From NCBI GenBank assembly GCA_048938855.1, contig JBHLLT010000001.1, positions 128,001-192,000 on the forward strand: DNA of 64,000 nucleotides, read 5' to 3'. A program made the position numbers and the translations under genes. This stretch comes from Promethearchaeota archaeon (GTDB taxonomy: Archaea > Asgardarchaeota > Lokiarchaeia > Sigyniarchaeales > SOKP01). The notes beneath the pieces were generated by a model, which saw nothing but the letters and a program-made list of their open reading frames with translations, had not been told where the DNA came from and did not search any database. This document shows, one piece after another, positions 1 to 10,454 of this stretch (its first letter is position 1; the number at the start of each line of letters is the position of its first letter).

Positions 1-1302
1 TAAATTAAAAAGTTTTATAGATTTTGTTTGACCATCGAAAATTAATTTCCAATCTAATGTTCTACAAGAGATCATTATAAAGAATTTGTAAGAATCCTTA
101 TTATAAGCTGTATAACTAATTTTATTATGATGCAATATAATACTTATAGCATATTTAGAATTTTTAAATCCATTTTCCTTTTTGATAATATTTACTAAAT
201 TTCTTCCTTGATAGTTCTCATCTTTTGGAAGTTTAAATAAATTTAGAATTGTAGGCCCTATATCCAATAATTGTACTTGTTCTTGTAGAATTTTTGCTTT
301 ATTTAATGAAGTATTGAGTTTAATTAAGAGTGGCACCCTAAGAAGTTCATCGTAAAGACTAGGATAATGGCTTAAGCAATTATGTTCAAACATTTCATCA
401 CCATGATCCGCGGTAAGAATTATTTTAGTGGAATCATAAATGCTTAAGTTTTTTAAATATTTGATTAAAATTCCTATGTAAAAATCGACATAATTAAGTT
501 CTGCATTATGTAATATTTCTATAGTCTTCCCTATTTTTTTTTTATCTAAATCTTTTGACCAATCTGGATTTGTGCTAATTTTATTTATAATTTGATTGAT
601 AAACAATTTAGTGTCGTCAGAGATATGTTGATCCGATACATTTTTAATAGATTTATTGGATGGAAAATAGGGAGTATGTGCATCCATAAAATGGATCCAT
701 AAAAAAAAATTTTTATGATAATTTCTTTTTAACCATTCAAGTGATTTTGCAGTAATGTTCCTAGCATTTAAATAGGGAGATTCTACTTTTTTTATAACAG
801 ATCTTTTTAAAGTGTGTTTAAATATTTTTGAAAATATATTTCTAATTTTTTTACCATATTCTTTAAGGGAGAAAAATTCGAGGATTTTCTCGTTTATTAA
901 ATATATTAGATTAACAAATTGTTTTTTTGAACTATAATATTGAGGTTTTTTGAACATATCATAAAAATCATCAAAACCAAGATTGTAATTGCAATAATTT
1001 CCTAAGTGTGGATTAGAATGAATTCCACAAGTTTTAATATTGTTTTCGCTGAGAATTTTATAAAAAGTTTTTTTATGCAAAGGTAAAGGTGCATAGGAGA
1101 CCTTCATTGCAGGTAATTCAGAAGTAAAAAGAGAATAAAAGGATGACGCAGTATTTGAACCATTTGCAATAGCATTATTAAAACAGTATGATTCTTTCGA
1201 CAACTTGTTGACATTAGGTAATATATCTTTATCATAACCATAAACTTTTAAGCAATCTCTTCGGCAGCAGTCAATTGTTATTAATATTAGTTTTTTTACC
1301 AT
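1..1302 (-). CDS. Sulfatase-like alkaline-phosphatase-superfamily protein (C-terminus runs off the left edge)
   Basis: Not in the ORF track; translated by hand. ATG at 1302 gives MVKKLILITIDCCRRD...LPNVNKL...NAIANGSNTASSF...WIHFMDAHTPY...ILTADHGDEMFEH...LYDELLRVPLLIK. The frame is still open at position 1. Confidence 0.85.
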   Translation of the reverse strand, partial: MVKKLILITIDCCRRDCLKVYGYDKDILPNVNKLSKESYCFNNAIANGSNTASSFYSLFTSELPAMKVSYAPLPLHKKTFYKILSENNIKTCGIHSNPHLGNYCNYNLGFDDFYDMFKKPQYYSSKKQFVNLIYLINEKILEFFSLKEYGKKIRNIFSKIFKHTLKRSVIKKVESPYLNARNITAKSLEWLKRNYHKNFFLWIHFMDAHTPYFPSNKSIKNVSDQHISDDTKLFINQIINKISTNPDWSKDLDKKKIGKTIEILHNAELNYVDFYIGILIKYLKNLSIYDSTKIILTADHGDEMFEHNCLSHYPSLYDELLRVPLLIKLNTSLNKAKILQEQVQLLDIGPTILNLFKLPKDENYQGRNLVNIIKKENGFKNSKYAISIILHHNKISYTAYNKDSYKFFIMISCRTLDWKLIFDGQTKSIKLFNL

Positions 1303-1613
1303 GACTTATATTAACCATTTGCTAATCTTAAAGTGAATTTTCTTGAAAGCGTTTTATTTGTTATTTTGGAGAGTCTTATTTAAAATTTATAATTTTTTAA
1401 TAAAAATCATAAATTGTCATAACAATTCATTAATTCTATTTATTTCAAAAAGTAGGAGTAACAATAAATAATCTATTAAATGATGGTTTATTTGGATTAT
1501 CAATAATGAGTAATTACTTGGATCTTAATCTGTATAAAATTGTATAGTCAATTTCATCTAAGCTTGGACATATGTAATTCTAATTTAATTATTGAAAAAA
1601 GAGAATAAAATTT

Positions 1614-2771
1614 ATGAATTTTATTGCTAATGAACAATCGAGTTCCAAAAGAAACTTAAGAGTATTATATTTCACGCCAGTTTTCAATCTGAAAAATACT
1701 AAAATCGATACATATATGACGAAGGAAGTTAAATCTGTAGTGGCAAATTACCCAAATATAGAATATCTGGTATACTTGGCAAATCCTCGAAAAAATAATG
1801 AAGTAATTATGTATAATGAGAGAATCCTGCAAGTAAATAGAAAAACATATAAAAATATTCATTTTTTAAAGGAAGCAATAAAAATATTTGTTAAATTTAA
1901 ACCGCATATAGTTCATTCACATTATGTTGTTCCATCAATTATTATCAATTTTTTTGCTAAAATATTCAGAGTACCTACAATTCTCCATGGGAGAGGACAA
2001 GATGTAAATTATCGCCCATATCGAAACGTTAAGAGTAAAATTCTATTATTGATAGCAGGAAAATTAAACACGCTTATTTTAACAGTTTGTAAATCGATGA
2101 AAAAAGATTGTATGCAATTTAAAATAAGAAGAAATAAAGTTAAGGTGATTTATAATGGAATTGATTACATGTTTTTTGTTCCAAAAGAGAAGGATTTTTT
2201 TTCAATCCAACGCCCTTTGGAATTAATTCATGTTGGAGCGTTAAATCCCAGAAAAGCCCAACACTTAATCATTGAAGCATGCAAAAAGTTAAAAGAAAAC
2301 AACATTAAATTTCATTTAACTTTAATTGGAGAAGGGATTCTAAAACAAAAATTAATTGATTTAATTAATAAATATAAATTAAAGGATTCTGTTGATTTAT
2401 TGGGAAACATAGAGCATTATAACCTCCCAAAATATTTACAAAAAGCAGATTTAATGGTTTTTCCATCATTGACCGAAGGTTTACCAAATGCAGTATTGGA
2501 AGCAATGAGTATGAAGTTAGTTGTAATATTTACAAGAGTTGATGGTAATTTGGAGCTAGTTCAAGATGTTGGAACTATTTTAGTAGACATTAATAATCCT
2601 CAACAATTATTCGATGCAATAATGCATTATTATAACAATCCTAGTAAATTTAAAATTGGAGGAGAGATAAATAGAAATTTCATTGTTAAAACATTCAGCT
2701 GGGATAAACACGCAAAAGAGTTATATCATGTGTACAATTTATTATCACATAAAAAAAAGGACAAAAAATGA
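1614..2771 (+). CDS. Glycosyltransferase family 4
   Basis: VIYNGID, VGALNPRKA and FPSLTEGLPNAVLEAM (GT4 E-x7-E) motifs. Confidence 0.9.
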   Translation: MNFIANEQSSSKRNLRVLYFTPVFNLKNTKIDTYMTKEVKSVVANYPNIEYLVYLANPRKNNEVIMYNERILQVNRKTYKNIHFLKEAIKIFVKFKPHIVHSHYVVPSIIINFFAKIFRVPTILHGRGQDVNYRPYRNVKSKILLLIAGKLNTLILTVCKSMKKDCMQFKIRRNKVKVIYNGIDYMFFVPKEKDFFSIQRPLELIHVGALNPRKAQHLIIEACKKLKENNIKFHLTLIGEGILKQKLIDLINKYKLKDSVDLLGNIEHYNLPKYLQKADLMVFPSLTEGLPNAVLEAMSMKLVVIFTRVDGNLELVQDVGTILVDINNPQQLFDAIMHYYNNPSKFKIGGEINRNFIVKTFSWDKHAKELYHVYNLLSHKKKDKK

Positions 2772-3589
2772 CAATTAATAAAAAAATTCGTAGAATCTTT
2801 TCAAAAACTTTCGCAATAGCAGAGAAAAACACACGTATGCAATTTAGGTTTAAGTATAACGTGATATTTAGATGGTTTACTCCCATTATAACAATTTTAA
2901 TGCCTATTATTATTTTGGATCAGTTTTTTAATGCTAGTATTGATATTTATCCTTGGAACGCTCAAAATTATATGATATTTGTATTTATTGGATATAACAT
3001 ACTATTAATGCAAAAGATGCTTAACAACATTCCAGTATATTTATTAAGAGAAAAATACTGGAAAACACTTCCTGCTCTTATTACAGCACCATTCAATAGA
3101 TTTTATTTATTATTTGGTTATATTCTTTCTGAATTTTTAGGTATTATTATACCATTTACAATTTTTTTTGTAACACTTCTAATCTTTTTTCCTATCTCAA
3201 TAACTACAATATTAGCAATATTAGTTATGTTTATTGGAGTTGGAATTGTATTTTCAGGGGTTGGATTATTTTTAGGAGTATTTGCTATCTCAAATGAAAA
3301 TTACTTATATATCTTTGATTTTACACTTAAACTTATTTTTTGGTTTAGCTGTGTTACTTATCCTTTTCAATTATTTCCCTCTGTAGTCCAAAATATTATT
3401 AACCTAAATCCAATTTATTATTTAATTGATATTATTCGTTGGACTTGGATTGAAAATAATCTCATTTTAACTGCAATCTCACACCCGTTGCATATTTTAA
3501 TATTTTCACTTTCTTTAGTTATCTTTCCGATTATATGTGTTCTTGTTTTTGATTATATATATAAAAAATTAGGTATTACGGGGTATTAA
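2768..3589 (+). CDS. ABC-2 type transporter permease
   Basis: About 6 hydrophobic segments, YPFQLFP..Q.II.LNPIYY ABC-2 motif, directly upstream of an ABC ATPase. Confidence 0.85.
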   Translation: MTINKKIRRIFSKTFAIAEKNTRMQFRFKYNVIFRWFTPIITILMPIIILDQFFNASIDIYPWNAQNYMIFVFIGYNILLMQKMLNNIPVYLLREKYWKTLPALITAPFNRFYLLFGYILSEFLGIIIPFTIFFVTLLIFFPISITTILAILVMFIGVGIVFSGVGLFLGVFAISNENYLYIFDFTLKLIFWFSCVTYPFQLFPSVVQNIINLNPIYYLIDIIRWTWIENNLILTAISHPLHILIFSLSLVIFPIICVLVFDYIYKKLGITGY

Positions 3590-3590
3590 T

Positions 3591-4505
3591 TTGAATAAAT
3601 ATATAATAGAGACTTTTAACTTATCCAAAAATTATCATCTGAAAGGAAATAAACTAATCCGTGCTTTAGATAACGTGAATATTAAAATAGAAGAGGGAGA
3701 AAAGTTTGGTTTATTAGGCCCAAACGGAGCAGGTAAAACTACAATGATATCTATTTTAACTACTCTAATACAACCATCAAGTGGTTATGCAATCATAGAT
3801 GGTAATAATGTTATAAAAAATCCTAATAGTATCAAAAATAAAATTGCACTCATGCTCGGAAGTGACATGATATATTATAGAATAACAGGATATTCAAATT
3901 TAAAATTCTTTTGTAAAGTTTGCGATGTAAAGAATTATAAAAAAAAGATTTTAGAGGTATCAAAAGAGTTAGAAATAGAAAAATGGCTTAATGAGTATGT
4001 TGAGCGTTACTCATCAGGAATGAAAATTAAATTATCATTATGTAGAATTCTGCTTATTGATCCAAAGATATTATTTTTAGATGAGCCGACCTTGGGTCTT
4101 GATATCAAAACAACAAATTTTATTATTGATAAATTAAAAACCTTGAATAAAACAATATTTATAACTAGTCATAATATGGATGTTGTTGAAAAATTATGTA
4201 CAAAATTTGCTTTTATTAATGAAGGTAAAATTCTTAGAACAGGGACTAAGGAGGAATTAAGTAAAGTATTACAAAAAGGCATAAAAATTTCAATTGGTAT
4301 TACTGAAAATAAAGATAAATTTAAAGAAGAATTAGAAAAACAACACTTTATAACAAATATAATTGATGAAACAGATGGGTTAGTTATTGAAATTTTAAAG
4401 AGAAAATTCTATACTCAATTATTTCCAATTTTTCAAAAATACAATATTACAAAAATTCAAGAATTAGAACTATCTATTGAAGATTTATTCTTTAAAATAA
4501 TATAA
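3591..4505 (+). CDS. ABC transporter ATP-binding protein
   Basis: Walker A GPNGAGKTT, signature YSSGM, Walker B LFLDEPT, H-loop TSHNM. Confidence 0.95.
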   Translation: MNKYIIETFNLSKNYHLKGNKLIRALDNVNIKIEEGEKFGLLGPNGAGKTTMISILTTLIQPSSGYAIIDGNNVIKNPNSIKNKIALMLGSDMIYYRITGYSNLKFFCKVCDVKNYKKKILEVSKELEIEKWLNEYVERYSSGMKIKLSLCRILLIDPKILFLDEPTLGLDIKTTNFIIDKLKTLNKTIFITSHNMDVVEKLCTKFAFINEGKILRTGTKEELSKVLQKGIKISIGITENKDKFKEELEKQHFITNIIDETDGLVIEILKRKFYTQLFPIFQKYNITKIQELELSIEDLFFKII

Positions 4506-4565
4506 AGTATAAAAGAAATTAAGACAACATAGAAAAGACAATTAAAATAAGATAAAATGTAAAAA

Positions 4566-5447
4566 ATGTTAAAATTTTTCTCAAGAGTGAGAACATTTGA
4601 AAATTTAAAAGAATATTTTTTTTTTAAAATAATATCTCTTATCTTTAAAACAAAAAATAAGGGTTTCCATATCTTTGATGAGGATTGGGATAATCTTATC
4701 ATCTTAGATGCTTGTCGATATGACTTTTTTAAGAAAATAATACCTTCTATAAATATCGATGGAGTGCTTAAAAAAAAAATATCTTTAGGTAGTCATACAG
4801 CTCAATTCCTAAAAGAAAATTTTAAAAACAGAAAATATGAAAATATCGTCTATTTAACAGCGAATCCCGTTGTAAATCAGTTACTAAATGATAGGTTTTA
4901 TCAAATAATTTCAGTATGGGATCAAGGATGGGATAAGAAATTTCATACTGTACTTCCAGAAGTTATGTATCAATACACTCTAAACGCAATAAAGAAGTAT
5001 CCAAATAAAAAATTGATTATCCATTTCATGCAACCACATTTTCCATATATTGGTTATGATATTAACAAAGGAATAATTAATACCGGTATTAAAAAAAGTA
5101 TTTTTTCTATATATCACAGTGATCATTGGACAAAATATAATCTTCTTTCTCTTTTGAAAGGATACTTGAAAAGTCTACAAATTTCTTTGTTTTATGTTAA
5201 AAAATTAGTTAATGTCTTATCAGGTACTACTGTTATTACATCAGATCATGGAGAGTCTTTTGGTGATTATATTCATCCTTTCTTTCCAATTAAGTTTTAT
5301 GGTCATGAAATTAATGTGAAAATGCCTGCATTAACCGAAATTCCATGGTTTGTCATTAAAAAACAGAAGATTGAATTAACTGAAAAAAGAAGTATGGAAT
5401 TAGAAAAGGAAATCTTAAGAACATCTATTAAAAAGCTTAAATTATAA
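4566..5447 (+). CDS. AlkP-superfamily (sulfatase-like) protein of archaeal glycosylation clusters
   Basis: LIILDACRYD, HFMQPHFPY and ITSDHGE metal-binding motifs. Confidence 0.8.
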   Translation: MLKFFSRVRTFENLKEYFFFKIISLIFKTKNKGFHIFDEDWDNLIILDACRYDFFKKIIPSINIDGVLKKKISLGSHTAQFLKENFKNRKYENIVYLTANPVVNQLLNDRFYQIISVWDQGWDKKFHTVLPEVMYQYTLNAIKKYPNKKLIIHFMQPHFPYIGYDINKGIINTGIKKSIFSIYHSDHWTKYNLLSLLKGYLKSLQISLFYVKKLVNVLSGTTVITSDHGESFGDYIHPFFPIKFYGHEINVKMPALTEIPWFVIKKQKIELTEKRSMELEKEILRTSIKKLKL

Positions 5448-5482
5448 ATTTATTTCTTACCATATGAGAGCCTTTAAATTTA

Positions 5483-6694
5483 TTAATTTGTCTTTTTAGC
5501 ATTTTCAGAAAAATTACTATTTAAAAATTGAGTTTTTATAAATCTATTGAGTTTATATCTTTCTCTAGCAAATTTACCTTCTGATAACAAATAATTTAAA
5601 GGACAACCATTGATAGGAATTTTAAGTTGATTTCCTATTAAATCATTGATTGTATGTATAATGTCAAATAGTGTAATGTCCATGTTAATCTTTAAACCTC
5701 CGAAACTACAAGATGGGAATTTTATTAAAAATGGAACCTGTTTTTGGAAATCGTAACCACCATTATGAAAAAAAGCATTGAATTGTAGTCTATTAGGAAT
5801 TTTTTTAATTTTGGGGAGTGTTTTTAATAGTCTCCTAATTCTATTATAAATTTTAAAAAACAGTGCATAAATTTTTAAAATTTTAGGGGGTAATCTGGAT
5901 CCAATATCCCCTAATCCTTCACCATGATCAGATGTAATGATTATTAAAGAATTATGATATAAATCTTTATCTTTTAAGATTTTAATCAAAGCTAGAATAT
6001 GATTATTCATAACTTCAATAATCCGTTTCTCATAAACCATTTTAACAAATTTAATACTTATTTCTCTTTTTTTTATTTTATTAATTAATTTTTTACCAAT
6101 TTCTCGATAATTTTGTCCAGTGATTTTGTCTTTGAAAAAATCGTTTATCCCATAATTATGATGCGTTTTCCAAAAATGCAGGAAAACAAAATTAGCATTG
6201 TCTTTATTTTCTATAATATAATTTTTCCATACATCTGGTATCATTCTAAATTCATCATCTGCGGAACCTACATAATCTTCTACATTATTACCTAAAAACT
6301 CTTTATCCCATACAAACATTGGTTCAAGGCCTAAATGATCGATAATCTGTTTACGAAATGGGATAACACTATCTTGTCCAACTATATTCTCATACTCTAA
6401 TGGATAATTTGTGAATAAAGCAGAATTACAAAAAGATTTAATCTTAAAACCAATTTTTTGTAATTGATAAGGAAAATCGAAGTATTTTGATTTAAAAAGG
6501 TAATCGCCAAAAAAAATTGCATAATGAGAATTAAATGTGTTTGTATATATTGAATTGCAGTTAGAGAAACTTACAAAATCATTTTGAATTTCATTACACA
6601 TATTTTGCATGTTAGAATAAAACACATCTCTTCTAACACTATCGAGTACGATCAGAAAAATGTTTTTTATATTATTTTTATCAATATCAGACAT
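5483..6694 (-). CDS. Sulfatase-like hydrolase/transferase (AlkP superfamily)
   Basis: LIVLDSVRRD, FLHFWKTHHNY, IITSDHGEGL, VPFLIK. Confidence 0.8.
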   Translation of the reverse strand: MSDIDKNNIKNIFLIVLDSVRRDVFYSNMQNMCNEIQNDFVSFSNCNSIYTNTFNSHYAIFFGDYLFKSKYFDFPYQLQKIGFKIKSFCNSALFTNYPLEYENIVGQDSVIPFRKQIIDHLGLEPMFVWDKEFLGNNVEDYVGSADDEFRMIPDVWKNYIIENKDNANFVFLHFWKTHHNYGINDFFKDKITGQNYREIGKKLINKIKKREISIKFVKMVYEKRIIEVMNNHILALIKILKDKDLYHNSLIIITSDHGEGLGDIGSRLPPKILKIYALFFKIYNRIRRLLKTLPKIKKIPNRLQFNAFFHNGGYDFQKQVPFLIKFPSCSFGGLKINMDITLFDIIHTINDLIGNQLKIPINGCPLNYLLSEGKFARERYKLNRFIKTQFLNSNFSENAKKTN

Positions 6695-6708
6695 TAATGA
6701 TCCAAATG

Positions 6709-7263
6709 TTATATTTTTTGTAATATTACCTCCATTTCCTTAGGGAAGACTAATCTTGATATGTATCTTTCATAAAAATGAGGATGCAGGTTTGCAAAAG
6801 AGGTTACAAGTCTACTAATGATATTACTTTCTGGATTAAACGAAATCCTACGAATAGTGAAATTAATTTTTCTATCACTATGGTAATATGAAAGATAATG
6901 TCTATCTGATAAATAATTAAAGGTTTTCATTGCGAAGAATCGTACATGAGTAGGATCTGCATATGCATTAATACTAGAAAAATGGGGGACCATTACCCTT
7001 AGGATTCCTTCAGGTTTTAATATTCTATATATTTCTTCCATCACGCCAAAGAAATTTGCTATATGTTCTAAAACATGATTAGCGATAACAATATCAAACT
7101 GGTTATTCTCAAATGGGTAGGGAATTTCATTTAAATCATGAACAACATTTACATCAGGGAGGTCAACCTTATCTAGCCCTATAACCTCAGTATTTTTATT
7201 ACTTGACTTATATTTATTTGTCCCACATCCTATATCCAAAATCTTAAGTGAATTCCTTTTCAT
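6709..7263 (-). CDS. Class I SAM-dependent methyltransferase-fold protein
   Basis: LDIGCG, FDIVIANHVLEH, RILKPEG. The ATG at 7263 avoids overlap with the upstream gene (the track uses 7320). Confidence 0.85.
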   Translation of the reverse strand: MKRNSLKILDIGCGTNKYKSSNKNTEVIGLDKVDLPDVNVVHDLNEIPYPFENNQFDIVIANHVLEHIANFFGVMEEIYRILKPEGILRVMVPHFSSINAYADPTHVRFFAMKTFNYLSDRHYLSYYHSDRKINFTIRRISFNPESNIISRLVTSFANLHPHFYERYISRLVFPKEMEVILQKI

Positions 7264-7279
7264 ATCTAAATTCAATTTA

Positions 7280-8404
7280 TTATTTATTTTTTCTTTTATT
7301 ATTTTCAAAACAACTTTCAAGATAATTTAAAAAATTAACTCCGGTATTTTCAATAGAATATTCATTTTTAATGTAGTCTACAGTATTTTTTGGTTTTGAA
7401 AAGTCTCCATCCCTTACCAATTTCATTTTATTCACGAGATCATTAACATCTCCAGTTTTAAAATATAATGGATAATCTCTTAATATTTCTCGATGTACAT
7501 AAGTATCAGATGCTATTACAGGTTTGTCTAGATATAGTGCCTCTACAGGTGTTAATCCAAATCCCTCAAAACTTGATGGATCCACGTAAATTCTTGATTG
7601 AGCAATTGCTTTCAAAGCTTCTTTATGGGATAAGGGATAATGATCACAATTCAATTTTAAATTTTTATCATGGTGACGCCCTATAACTACTATTTTTAAT
7701 CCCAGCTTTTTTGCAGCTTCAACAAATATTTTTTGGTGTTTATGTGGAGTAATTCTACTTACATTTATCGCATCGTATTTTATTTTTAGATCTTTTGGGA
7801 TGCTACTTAAAAGATCTGAATCAACACATAAATGCCAGACTTTACTGTCGATATTTAGATATGTTTTAAGACATATTTGTGTAAATTTTGAAATCGATAA
7901 GTTCAAATCTGATTTTTTTAGGAAGTTACGATAATTTTTATAGTAAGTTATTTTATTGTAAGGATTCAAATTGATTTTACTGTATAAACTCAATGAGTTA
8001 GATTTATTATTTTTTCCTATGCCCTTCTTTTGGTTATTGGCTTCTCTTTTTTTATATATAAACTTTTTAAAGATATCAAATATCTTCTTAATTTGATTAT
8101 TATTATGAATATGATAATAGATTAAGTGGTATAAAAGTTGTTTTCCATACCACCAGGGTTTATTATATTTGTATTGATTAGTTAAATGATGCGGTGGAAT
8201 ATCAAGGATAATATTTACAACTTTGATATTATTTTTTTTAATAAGTTTCCAGACTTTTAGTACCTTGTACATGTGAGAAACACTCTCACATATAACAACA
8301 TCGACATCAGTAGAAAAGTGATTAAGAAGAACATTATGGTTATTATTTTCAAGATAATTTATTAACGGTCTAAGATACTGTGCGCTAAATAATGTGATTT
8401 TCAT
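7280..8404 (-). CDS. Glycosyltransferase family 4
   Basis: VSRITPHKHQ and PSSFEGFGLTPVEA. Confidence 0.85.
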   Translation of the reverse strand: MKITLFSAQYLRPLINYLENNNHNVLLNHFSTDVDVVICESVSHMYKVLKVWKLIKKNNIKVVNIILDIPPHHLTNQYKYNKPWWYGKQLLYHLIYYHIHNNNQIKKIFDIFKKFIYKKREANNQKKGIGKNNKSNSLSLYSKINLNPYNKITYYKNYRNFLKKSDLNLSISKFTQICLKTYLNIDSKVWHLCVDSDLLSSIPKDLKIKYDAINVSRITPHKHQKIFVEAAKKLGLKIVVIGRHHDKNLKLNCDHYPLSHKEALKAIAQSRIYVDPSSFEGFGLTPVEALYLDKPVIASDTYVHREILRDYPLYFKTGDVNDLVNKMKLVRDGDFSKPKNTVDYIKNEYSIENTGVNFLNYLESCFENNKRKNK

Positions 8405-8601
8405 AATTACAGTATTATATTTTTTAGTGCTTATTTTTTCATAAGGATAAAAACTCCAATCAATATACTCAAATGAGTATAATAACTGATAAATTTTTGG
8501 GAATATTAAAGAGCTCTTAAATAAAATAGAAGGATAATCTCAAATTGATAAAGTTTTTTATCTTTCTTATTTTAATTAATACTAATTATTAAAGGGAATG
8601 A

Positions 8602-9669
8602 ATGGGATTGACCAGAGTATTAGTGACAGGTGGAGGGGGCTTTATTGGTTCACATTTAGCAGAATTTTATGCTAATCAAAATGATATTGATGAGATTACA
8701 GTTATAGATAACCTTTCTAGATCAATATTATTAAATAAAGAAATCAAAAGTTTAAGATACAATTGGGATTATCTACATAAATACAAAAATATAAAATTTA
8801 TTGAAAAGGATATAACTGATTTTGAATTTTTAAAAAAGTTATTAGATGTTAATTCTTTTGACTATATATTTCATACAGCTGCTCAAACAGCCGTAACAAC
8901 TTCTATTATTAAACCAATTCCAGATTTTAGAAATAATGTCATAGGAACTTTTAACTTGCTTGAATCCATAAGACTATCCAAACAGGACCCATGTGTAGTC
9001 TTATGTTCAACAAATAAAGTCTTTGGTAATAATGTAAATAATTGTGAAATAATAGAAAATGAATCTAGATATTCCTTTACTGAGGATAACCGCTATGGGA
9101 TTTCTGAAGAGTTTCCTATTGATTTATGTGAACATACGCCTTATGGAACTTCAAAACTGTGTTCTGATCTTTATTTTCAGGAGTATGGTCATCTTTATGG
9201 GATGAAAACAGCTGTTTTTCGTATGTCTTGCATTTATGGAACCAGGCAGTTTGGAATAGAAGATCAAGGGTGGATTGCACATTTTATTATTTCAGCAATA
9301 TTGGGAAAGCAAATTACGATTTATGGTGATGGTAAACAAATAAGAGATATCTTACATGTATCTGATTTAATACAAGCATTTAATTCCTTTGCACAAAAAG
9401 CAAAATCTATTAAACACGAAGTTTTTTGTATGGGAGGAGGATCAGAAAATACTCTTTCCCTTTTAGAGCTTATTGAGATTCTAAAACAAGAGCTAAAAAT
9501 GAATATTTCTTATGATTTTGGGGAATGGAGGTCAAGTGATCAGAAAGTCTATATTTCTGATATTAGAAAAGCTAAAAGAATTCTAGACTGGAGCCCTAAA
9601 ATGTCTGTTAATGAGGGAATTAAAGAATTGATTAATTGGGTCAAATTTAACAAAAAATTGTTCTCATAG
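8602..9669 (+). CDS. NAD-dependent nucleotide-sugar epimerase, CDP-paratose/tyvelose 2-epimerase-like
   Basis: TGGGGFIG, AAQTAVTTS, STNKVFG, YGTSK, RMSCIYGTRQFGIEDQGWIAHF. Confidence 0.85.
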   Translation: MGLTRVLVTGGGGFIGSHLAEFYANQNDIDEITVIDNLSRSILLNKEIKSLRYNWDYLHKYKNIKFIEKDITDFEFLKKLLDVNSFDYIFHTAAQTAVTTSIIKPIPDFRNNVIGTFNLLESIRLSKQDPCVVLCSTNKVFGNNVNNCEIIENESRYSFTEDNRYGISEEFPIDLCEHTPYGTSKLCSDLYFQEYGHLYGMKTAVFRMSCIYGTRQFGIEDQGWIAHFIISAILGKQITIYGDGKQIRDILHVSDLIQAFNSFAQKAKSIKHEVFCMGGGSENTLSLLELIEILKQELKMNISYDFGEWRSSDQKVYISDIRKAKRILDWSPKMSVNEGIKELINWVKFNKKLFS

Positions 9670-9688
9670 ATTTAATCAAAAATATAAG

Positions 9689-10450
9689 CTATTTTTTTAA
9701 AATCCCAATACCTCCAGCCTTTTGATTTCTATCCTCAATTATTTCCTCGAAATCAAAATTTTTTTTAATAGTTTCCCAAAATTTATATACATTTTCTCCG
9801 TGTGGAGTAGGTACAATATCATGGAAAGCAATTAGTCCACCCTTTTTTAAAAGGGGACTATACATTTCAAAATCTTTCTTAACTCCATTAAAGGAGTGAT
9901 CTGCATCTATAAATATAAAATCCAATTTCTTACCCTTTAAAATTTGTTTTATGCGATGTAATGTTGTATTATCATGAGAATCCGCCCTTATTAATTCTAA
10001 TCTTTGATTTACATGCGAGAATTGTTTAATTATATGGATTCTCCAGTCAGAATAAACTCTCCATTTAGAGCCTGGACCTCCAATTTTACCTTTGGGTAAA
10101 TCTATACTTAATAACAACGCATCATTTCTAGCAATTCTTGAAAATAAAAAGAGTGTTCCTCCATCTAAAGTGCCTATTTCGAGTATATATTTTGGATTAC
10201 TTTTTTTGACCATTTTTAATAATTGAATGATTTCGGATCTAGTCTGTTGCAAATTTAAAATTTTTTTTTTCTTTTGCAATAAAGTGAAATCAACTAAATC
10301 ATCAATTTTATAATTTCTAAGAGATATATTCTTTATTCTAATAACAAGTTTAAAGAGGCTTAAAATTCTCAAAAAAATAATTATTGGATTTCTAACTTGG
10401 TTTTGTATAAAGTCTTTAATTCTGGAAAATAAATTTAACATGATTAACAA
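9689..10450 (-). CDS. Class I SAM-dependent methyltransferase (Methyltransf_24-like)
   Basis: LEIGTLDGGT, DFIFIDADHS, GGLIAFHD. Confidence 0.85.
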   Translation of the reverse strand: MLIMLNLFSRIKDFIQNQVRNPIIIFLRILSLFKLVIRIKNISLRNYKIDDLVDFTLLQKKKKILNLQQTRSEIIQLLKMVKKSNPKYILEIGTLDGGTLFLFSRIARNDALLLSIDLPKGKIGGPGSKWRVYSDWRIHIIKQFSHVNQRLELIRADSHDNTTLHRIKQILKGKKLDFIFIDADHSFNGVKKDFEMYSPLLKKGGLIAFHDIVPTPHGENVYKFWETIKKNFDFEEIIEDRNQKAGGIGILKK

Positions 10451-10454
10451 TAGG